Positions 51,528 through 64,000 of a stretch of DNA of 64,000 nucleotides are shown here, in pieces (positions within the stretch are counted from its first letter, which is position 1; every line of letters begins with the position of its first letter). The position numbers and the translations under genes were made by a program. The stretch spans positions 768,001-832,000 of the forward strand of contig CAXXVO010000007.1 of the NCBI GenBank assembly GCA_963422645.2, written 5' to 3'. Source of the DNA: Alphaproteobacteria bacterium. GTDB lineage: Bacteria; Pseudomonadota; Alphaproteobacteria; UBA828. The notes below the pieces were generated by a model. It saw only the letters and a program-made list of their open reading frames with translations. It made no database searches and had not been told where the DNA came from.

Positions 51528-51992
51528 ATGGCGGGGAGCGTCAACAAGGTCATTCTGGTCGGCAACCTGGGACGCGACCCGGAAACCCGTCAGACACAGG
51601 ACGGCAGGCCCATCGTCAACATGTCGGTCGCCACCAGCGAAAACTGGAAGGACCGTCAGACCGGCGAGCGGCGCGAGCGGACCGAGTGGCACCGAGTCGT
51701 TATATTTAACGATCGCCTCGGCGAGGTCGCGCAGAACTACCTGCGCAAGGGCTCCAAGGTCTATCTCGAAGGCCAGCTGCAGACCCGCAAGTGGACCGAC
51801 CAGTCGGGGCAGGAGAAATACACCACCGAGGTGGTGCTGGGGCGCTTTCGCGGCGAGCTCACCATGCTGGACAGCCGTGCCGATAGCGGCGGCGGCGGGC
51901 GCGACTATGGCGGCGAGCAGGCCGCCGCCCCGGCCGCCGCCCGCGACAGCGGACCCTCATCCACCGACCTGGACGACGACATCCCCTTCTAG
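51528..51992 (+). CDS. ssb: Single-stranded DNA-binding protein
   Basis: [12 protein letters not shown]...DDDIPF. Confidence 0.98.
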   Translation: MAGSVNKVILVGNLGRDPETRQTQDGRPIVNMSVATSENWKDRQTGERRERTEWHRVVIFNDRLGEVAQNYLRKGSKVYLEGQLQTRKWTDQSGQEKYTTEVVLGRFRGELTMLDSRADSGGGGRDYGGEQAAAPAAARDSGPSSTDLDDDIPF

Positions 51993-52240
51993 CCCTCGGT
52001 TGCCGCGCCGGCGGGACGCGGCGCTACTGCCCGACCGGAATCCGTTGATGGGGCGGCCCATCAACTTTGCATTTGCGTGATTCGGTTGCGCGATGCGTCT
52101 TCACCGGACTCCGTCCAGTTGGAAGTCGAACGCGGTCGTACGCGAGCGACCGCAGATCACTGGACAATGGAAGGGTGAACGACACAGCGCAGCAGCGCGC
52201 GCTCCGCTGACCCGGCGGAGAGCGGGCGAAGGGGCAGGGC

Positions 52241-53254
52241 ATGAGCAGGACAGGGAAAGATCTGATCGTAAGCGTGGCGGCGGGTGCCGCCATTGTGGCG
52301 CTGTTCGCAAGCTTCGAACTGGTGGAGAGCCTGTTCGAGCTCACACGCGAGTACGAAGACTGGGATCTGGACGAGATCATCGCCTGCATCCCGGCGCTCG
52401 CCATCGTGGCAACGTGGTTTTCCCTGCGGCGTTGGCGAGAGGTCTCGGAACTGAACAGGACCCTGAACGGACAGGCCATCGAGCTCGCCGACGCGTTGGA
52501 GCAACGCCGGGCCATGGAGGAGCAGCTTCGCGAGGGGTACGAGGTCGCCGCCATGGGGACGCTTGGTGGCGGATTCGCCGGTGAGCTCCGTCGCGTGCTG
52601 GAGCCGATCGCAGGGCTTGCCGAGGAGGGACTCGAGCAGAGCGCCGCAGTCTCCGACGAGAAGATCCGACTGGAAGGGATCTCGGACGCGGCAAAGGGAG
52701 GTCTTGCGATCGTCAGTCGAATGCTCGCGTTCGGCGACGGCGGCATGCGGGTGCCGAAAACCATAGTGGCGGCCGACGGGGTGTTGGAGAGCATTTCGCT
52801 TGCCGGGGAGGCGCTCGATCCCGTCCCGGAGATCACTTGCCGCACCACCGACGACGCTTCCCGAATCCACGTCAACCCTTGGGAGCTCCACGAAGTCGCA
52901 GCACAGATCGTTACCAACGCGGCTGAGGCGACGGGCTCAGGCGGGCGGATGCAGGTGACCGTCGAGCGCACAGCGATCGATCCGCAGGGTGCAGAGGCGC
53001 GAGGCTTGACCGCCGGCAGCTATGTCCGGGTCACGGTGGAAGACGACGGACCGGGGATTCCACCGGGGCTCCAGGGCCAAGTGTTCGAGCCCTTCTTCAC
53101 GACCAAGGGGGCGGGGGATGGCAAGGGCCTCGGGCTTGCCATCGCCTATAGCCTGGTGCGCGGGTGGAAGGGCGATTTGTCGGTGGATTCCGAACCGGGA
53201 AGGGGCGCAATCTTCGAGATATTGATCCCAACCAGAGATGCGGACGAATACTGA
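52241..53254 (+). CDS. Membrane sensor histidine kinase-like protein with a degenerate H-box
   Basis: Two TM helices; N, G1 (DDGPG), F (FEPFFTTK), G2 (GKGLGL) boxes. Confidence 0.85.
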   Translation: MSRTGKDLIVSVAAGAAIVALFASFELVESLFELTREYEDWDLDEIIACIPALAIVATWFSLRRWREVSELNRTLNGQAIELADALEQRRAMEEQLREGYEVAAMGTLGGGFAGELRRVLEPIAGLAEEGLEQSAAVSDEKIRLEGISDAAKGGLAIVSRMLAFGDGGMRVPKTIVAADGVLESISLAGEALDPVPEITCRTTDDASRIHVNPWELHEVAAQIVTNAAEATGSGGRMQVTVERTAIDPQGAEARGLTAGSYVRVTVEDDGPGIPPGLQGQVFEPFFTTKGAGDGKGLGLAIAYSLVRGWKGDLSVDSEPGRGAIFEILIPTRDADEY

Positions 53255-53447
53255 ATAACAGGTGGAAGAACTTGGAGAGATCAGGAGATTCGATCGCTGG
53301 AAGCAGCCATCGAAGGGTCCGCTGGCGGCATCGCAATTCGCGTCTGCAACATTGTGGATCAGGGCCGATTCCTGTAGCCTATATGTCATGAGGACCGAGT
53401 CACGACGCGTGGCCTAATTCCTTGTCTTCCAATAATCTTTCCGGTCA

Positions 53448-56154
<2,707 letters not shown>

Positions 56155-56162
<8 letters not shown>

Positions 56163-56661
56163 GCGGGTCGGCCTCTATCCCGGAACCTTCGACCCGATCA
56201 CCACGGGTCACCAGGACATCATCAAACGTTCCCTTAGAGTGGTGGACAGGTTGGTCGTGGGGATTGCCGTCAACGCCGGCAAGAGCCCGCTCTTCGACGT
56301 GGACGAGCGGGTGGCCCTCACCCAACAGGACCTCGAAGCGCTCGGTCTCAAGCCGCCGCAGCTAGAGGTCCGCAGCTTCGACAGCCTGCTCATGCACTTC
56401 GCTCATGAGGTCGGCGCCACTGTCATCATGCGCGGGCTGCGCGCGGTAGCCGATTTCGAGTACGAGTTTCAGATGGCAGGCATGAACTCCAGGCTCGACC
56501 AGGGTGTGGAGACCGTGTTCCTGATGGCGTCGGAGCGGCATCACTTCATCGCCTCCAAGCTGGTCAAGGAGATCGCCTCCCTCGGCGGCGACGTGTCGAG
56601 CTTCGTCTCGCCGCTCATCGCACAGCGACTCGCCGAGCGGTTCGGGACGCCGCCTCCCTGA
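56155..56661 (+). CDS. coaD: Phosphopantetheine adenylyltransferase
   Basis: [24 protein letters not shown]. Confidence 0.97.
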
Positions 56662-56685
56662 GGCAGGCGGCGCCGGCGGCCAGCG

Positions 56686-57714
56686 GTGCGTGTCGACCCC
56701 TTCGATTTCGACCTCCCACGCGAGGCAATCGCGACACGCCCCGCCCGTCCGCGCGATTCGGCGCGCCTGCTGGACCTGACCACCGGCCTCGCCCACCGTG
56801 GCATAGCGGATCTCCCGGCCCTGCTGCAGCCGGGCGACATGATGGTCTTCAACGATACGCGGGTAATCCCGGCGCGCCTTGTGGGCCGGCGGGGCGAGGC
56901 GAAGGTAGAGCTCACCCTGCACCGGCGCGTCGCGGACGACCGCTGGCAGGCACTCGCCAAGCCCGCGCGGCGGCTTAGGCCGGGGGACAGGGTGCGCTTC
57001 GCCGGAGATTTTTGGGCCACGGTCGAGGCGCGGGATGGGCCGGAGGTGAGCCTGGTCTTCGACCGGGGCGGTACGGCGCTCGCCGAGGCGCTGCAACGCC
57101 ACGGCGCCATGCCGCTGCCGCCCTATCTCCGCCGCGCCGCCGACGCGCGCGACCGCGATGATTACCAGACCGTGTTCGCACGCTGTGAGGGCGCCGTCGC
57201 CGCCCCGACTGCCGGTCTGCATTTCACCGAGCGAGTGCTGCAGGCCATCGACGCGCGCGGCATCGCGCGGCGTTTCGTCACCCTCCACGTCGGTGCCGGC
57301 ACGTTTCTGCCGGTCTCGGTCGAGGACACCGCCGATCACCCGATGCACGGCGAGTCTTGCGTGCTCACGCCCGACACAGCCCTCGCCATCAACCGCTGCC
57401 GCGCGGCCGGCGGGCGCATCGTCGCGGTGGGCACCACCGTCGTGCGACTGCTGGAGAGCGCCGCCCAGCCCGATGGTAACGTCGAGGCGTTCGCCGGCGA
57501 GGTCGATCTCTTCATCGAGCCGGGTTATCGCTTCAAGGCTGTCGACTTGATGCTGACCAACTTCCACCTGCCCCGTTCCACGCTCTTCATGCTGGTCTGC
57601 GCCTTCGTCGGCACCGAGCGGATGAAGGCGGCCTACACGGAGGCTCTTGCGGCAGGCTATCGCTTCTACTCCTACGGCGACGCCTGCCTGCTCGCGCGCG
57701 GGGAGGCCCCTTGA
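56686..57714 (+). CDS. queA: SAM:tRNA ribosyltransferase-isomerase
   Basis: [30 protein letters not shown]. Confidence 0.97.
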   Translation: MRVDPFDFDLPREAIATRPARPRDSARLLDLTTGLAHRGIADLPALLQPGDMMVFNDTRVIPARLVGRRGEAKVELTLHRRVADDRWQALAKPARRLRPGDRVRFAGDFWATVEARDGPEVSLVFDRGGTALAEALQRHGAMPLPPYLRRAADARDRDDYQTVFARCEGAVAAPTAGLHFTERVLQAIDARGIARRFVTLHVGAGTFLPVSVEDTADHPMHGESCVLTPDTALAINRCRAAGGRIVAVGTTVVRLLESAAQPDGNVEAFAGEVDLFIEPGYRFKAVDLMLTNFHLPRSTLFMLVCAFVGTERMKAAYTEALAAGYRFYSYGDACLLARGEAP

Positions 57715-58829
57715 GCCTCGGCTTTGCCGTCGAGGCGACGGACAGCCACGCCAGGCTTGGCCGGCTGGAGACCGCCCATGGGCCTGTACACACGCCCGCG
57801 TTCATGCCGGTTGGGACCCAGGCAACGGTTAAGGGGCTCACGGTCGATGCCGTGAGGGCAAGCGGCGCGGAGATGGTGCTTGCCAACACCTATCACCTGA
57901 TGATCCGCCCCGGCGCAGGCCGTATCGCCCGTCTCGGCGGCCTGCGCAGGTTCATGAACTGGCCGGGGCCCATCCTCACGGATTCGGGTGGCTTTCAGGT
58001 GATGTCGCTCGCCCAGCTCCGCACCGTGCAGGAGGACGGCGTCGTCTTCCGCGCGCACACCGACGGCTCCCGCCATCATCTGACGCCGGCGGGCGCCATG
58101 GAAATCCAGCATGCGCTGGACAGCAATATCACCATGGTGCTGGACGAATGCACGCCCTATCCGGCCAGCGAGCCGGAGGCGGCCGACTCCATGCGCCGCT
58201 CCATGCGCTGGGCCGCGCGCTGCAAGGAGGCGTTCGTGCCCAGGCCGGGCTATGGGCTCTTCGGCATCGTGCAAGGCGGCGTCTACCCTGAGCTACGGGC
58301 GGAGTCGGCGGCAGCGCTGACGGAGATCGGCTTCGACGGCTACGCCGTGGGCGGGCTCGCGGTGGGCGAGGGGCAGGCCCAAATGCTGGCGGTGCTCGAT
58401 GGGCTCGAGGGCGCGTTGCCGGCGGAGCGGCCGCGTTACCTGATGGGGGTAGGCACGCCGGACGACATCGTGAAGGCGGTCTGCCGTGGGATCGACTTAT
58501 TCGACTGCGTGCTGCCCACCCGCTCGGGCCGCACCGCGCGCGCCTATACCGCGAGCGGCACCCTCAACATGCGGAATGCCCGACACGCCGAGGACCCGTC
58601 GCCGGTCGATACCGCCTGCGCCTGCCCCACTTGCGCGGACTACAGCCGCGCCTACGTCCACCACCTCTTTCGCACCGGCGAAATGCTCGGCCCCATCCTG
58701 CTGAGCCAGCACAATCTCTACGTCTATCAGCGGCTGATGGCCGATCTGCGCGCCGCGATCGCAGACGGGCGCCTCGACACCTTCGCGGCGGCGCAGGGAA
58801 GGGGCGGGGAGGCCGAGGAAGACGACTGA
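57711..58829 (+). CDS. tgt: Queuine tRNA-ribosyltransferase
   Basis: [22 protein letters not shown], CxCxxC. Confidence 0.97.
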   Translation: MSLGFAVEATDSHARLGRLETAHGPVHTPAFMPVGTQATVKGLTVDAVRASGAEMVLANTYHLMIRPGAGRIARLGGLRRFMNWPGPILTDSGGFQVMSLAQLRTVQEDGVVFRAHTDGSRHHLTPAGAMEIQHALDSNITMVLDECTPYPASEPEAADSMRRSMRWAARCKEAFVPRPGYGLFGIVQGGVYPELRAESAAALTEIGFDGYAVGGLAVGEGQAQMLAVLDGLEGALPAERPRYLMGVGTPDDIVKAVCRGIDLFDCVLPTRSGRTARAYTASGTLNMRNARHAEDPSPVDTACACPTCADYSRAYVHHLFRTGEMLGPILLSQHNLYVYQRLMADLRAAIADGRLDTFAAAQGRGGEAEEDD

Positions 58830-58838
58830 CCGGTGAGG

Positions 58839-59600
58839 TCAGTCGCCGAAGCTCTTGACCCGCTCTGCCGTCTCGGGGTCGAGGAAGCGCTGCACCGTCG
58901 CCTCGGTCTCCAGCGCTAGCGCGCCCTCGATATCGAGGCCGCCCGCCCGGTTGAGCACCCGCTTGAGGTCGCGCACCGCGCCCTGGGGCAGGACGGCGAT
59001 ACGCGCGGCCGTCTCGTGCGCCGTCTCGAACACCGCATCGTCCGGCACCACGCGCCAGGCGAGGCCCATCTCGTGCGCGTCTGCGGCGCCGAAGGTCTCG
59101 CCGAGCAGGAGCAGTTCACGGGTCTTCGCCAGCCCCACGATGCGCGGCAGGATCGCCGTTACGCCGCCGGTCGGGAACATGCCCCACTTGATCTCCGGGA
59201 AGAAGCACCTGGTGCCCTCGCCGAAGACGGCGAGGTCGCAGTTGATCGCCCACTCCAGCCCGCCGCCCACGGCCCAGCCGTGAATGGCGCCGACCACCAC
59301 TTTGTCGCCCAGTACCAACCGGCGCGAGACCTCCTGGATCGCCTCGATAAAGGCCCGGGTTTCCACTTCGCCGGCGGTCTGGTTCTCGATCTCCTTGAGG
59401 TCATCGCCGGAGCAGAAGGCGCGTCCCGCCCCGCGCAGGACCAACGCGCCCACGCCATCGTCGGCAAGCGCTGCATCGAGTGCTGCGCAGAGATCGGCGA
59501 GCAGCGTGTCGTTGAGCGCGTTGAGCCGTTCCGGCCTGTTGAGCGTGAGCGTGGCCACTCCCGCCGTCACCTCGGTGAGCACGGTACCCGCCATCCTCAA
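58839..59600 (-). CDS. Enoyl-CoA hydratase/isomerase family protein
   Basis: LNRPERLNAL, AFCSGDDL, GGGLE. Confidence 0.9.
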   Translation of the reverse strand: MRMAGTVLTEVTAGVATLTLNRPERLNALNDTLLADLCAALDAALADDGVGALVLRGAGRAFCSGDDLKEIENQTAGEVETRAFIEAIQEVSRRLVLGDKVVVGAIHGWAVGGGLEWAINCDLAVFGEGTRCFFPEIKWGMFPTGGVTAILPRIVGLAKTRELLLLGETFGAADAHEMGLAWRVVPDDAVFETAHETAARIAVLPQGAVRDLKRVLNRAGGLDIEGALALETEATVQRFLDPETAERVKSFGD

Positions 59601-60895
59601 TCCTCCCGGATCAGCCGCTGCGTCTTGCCGCCGGTGCGCGGCAGCGAGCCAGGCGGCAGCAGGGTCACGTTGGCCGAGGCGCGGAGCGTCGCCTTGATCG
59701 CCTCTTCCACCCGTGCGGCAAGCGCGCCCGAGGCCGCGGCGCCTTCCTCCATCTCGGCTTCCACCGGCAGCCGGTCGTAAGGTCCGCTCCCCTTGAGCCG
59801 AATGCGGAATTCTCCCGAGAGCGCGTCGAAGCCGCCGATCACGCCGCCGACGGCGGTGGGAAAAATATTGACGCCGCGCACCACCACCATGTCATCGCTG
59901 CGACCGAGGACGCGGAAGCGGGTCGCCTCGCGCCCGCAGGTGCACATGCCCGTGCCGGTGATCACGATCACGTCGTTGGTGTGAAAGCGCACCAGCGGTT
60001 GCGCCTCGCGCTTGAGGTGTGTCAGCACCAGCTCGCCGCGCGCGCCCTCGCGCCAGGGCACCGGCTCGCCGCTCTCCGGCTCGATCAGCTCCGGGTACAG
60101 CACGTCCTCCCCTAGGAAGTGCAGGTCGTTGTTGGCCCAGCACTGGCTCGCGAAATTGCTGAACACGTCGGAGACGCCGTAGTTGGCGTTGCGCGCGGTC
60201 AAGCCCCAGACGGATTCCAGGCGTTCACGAAAGCTGGGATTGTCGAGCCCCGCCTCGCCGCCGAAGAGGCCGAGCCTCAGCCCCAGGTCACCTGGCGCGA
60301 GGCCCGGGAAGTGCTCCGCGATCGTCCGCTCCAGGACGGCGGGGTAAGAGGGCGTGCAGTGGATCACGCTGACCTTGAGGTCGAGGATCGTGCGCACCAG
60401 CAATTGGCTGTCTCCCGCGCCGAAGGGAATTACAGTCGCGCCGGTGGCCTCGAGGGAGAGATGATCGCTCACGCCACCCATCCACATCCGATAGTTGAGG
60501 CAGTGGACCGTGAGCGTCCCGGTGGTGAGCCCCGCGGCCTGGAAGCAGCGCGCGCCGACCTCGGCCGTCTGCGCCGCGTCGGCCTCAGTCTGGGCGATGT
60601 TCATGGCCTGGCCCGTGGTGCCGGAGGTGCGATGCAGGCGGATGACGAACTCGCGCACGGCCGCGAGGTAGTCGCCGAAAGGCGGATTCGCCGCCTGGGA
60701 CTCGCGCAGCATTGCCTTGTCGCAGAGGGGGAGCGCAGGCAGGTCCTTCAGCCGCTCCGGCACTGAGCGGCCAGCCCACAGCCGAGCGAAGAAGGGCGAT
60801 CGCCCGATCACGTAAGCCCGCTGGGCACGCCAACGCTCTTGCTGGAGTGCGGCAATGCCTTCAGACGGCCGAAGCGCCTCGCTTACAGGGCTCAT
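59597..60895 (-). CDS. Phenylacetate-CoA ligase-family protein
   Basis: TSGTTG, YGVSD, GRSDDMVVVRGVNIFP. Confidence 0.88.
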   Translation of the reverse strand: MSPVSEALRPSEGIAALQQERWRAQRAYVIGRSPFFARLWAGRSVPERLKDLPALPLCDKAMLRESQAANPPFGDYLAAVREFVIRLHRTSGTTGQAMNIAQTEADAAQTAEVGARCFQAAGLTTGTLTVHCLNYRMWMGGVSDHLSLEATGATVIPFGAGDSQLLVRTILDLKVSVIHCTPSYPAVLERTIAEHFPGLAPGDLGLRLGLFGGEAGLDNPSFRERLESVWGLTARNANYGVSDVFSNFASQCWANNDLHFLGEDVLYPELIEPESGEPVPWREGARGELVLTHLKREAQPLVRFHTNDVIVITGTGMCTCGREATRFRVLGRSDDMVVVRGVNIFPTAVGGVIGGFDALSGEFRIRLKGSGPYDRLPVEAEMEEGAAASGALAARVEEAIKATLRASANVTLLPPGSLPRTGGKTQRLIRED

Positions 60896-60937
60896 GGGTT
60901 ACGACCCCGCGCGCATTCGGCCGCGTCCGCGAGCGGC

Positions 60938-64000
<3,063 letters not shown>

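Noticed and set aside
56686-58829. queA-tgt as part of a DNA deazaguanine system with the phage QueC-like gene
   Set aside because: Canonical housekeeping tRNA enzymes in their usual context, ~19 kb away

Overview
GC-rich bacterial chromosome segment, probably alphaproteobacterial (inferred from the yajC-secD-secF-Mth938, trmFO, uvrA/ssb, gyrA-coaD-queA-tgt gene order and an alpha-type LexA box). 1-1.8 kb: ImmA-type peptidase, then a two-gene CBASS-like defence locus (CD-NTase + 2-TM effector). 2.2-5.0 kb: an IS21 element enclosed by two inverted 113-bp ends of a different transposon. 5.2-18.8 kb: a tRNA-Lys-integrated capsid-forming phage satellite remnant (integrase, SOS-boxed excisionase, TerL, HNH, capsid, protease), broken by nested insertions (IS110 with a candidate bridge RNA, IS66-type elements, two carrying a DNA adenine methyltransferase). 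20.9-26.1 kb and 39.7-44.9 kb: two apparently identical copies of a 5.19-kb TG...CA transposon encoding a Zn/HTH protein, DDE transposase, ExeA-like ATPase, RepA-type helicase and Toprim primase. This is the strongest candidate for an undescribed system. 36.5-46.7 kb: a collapsed Mu-like prophage with intact ends, a 5-bp target duplication and a QueC-like terminal gene. The rest is core host genes. All family calls come from reading motifs by eye; no searches or alignments were run.
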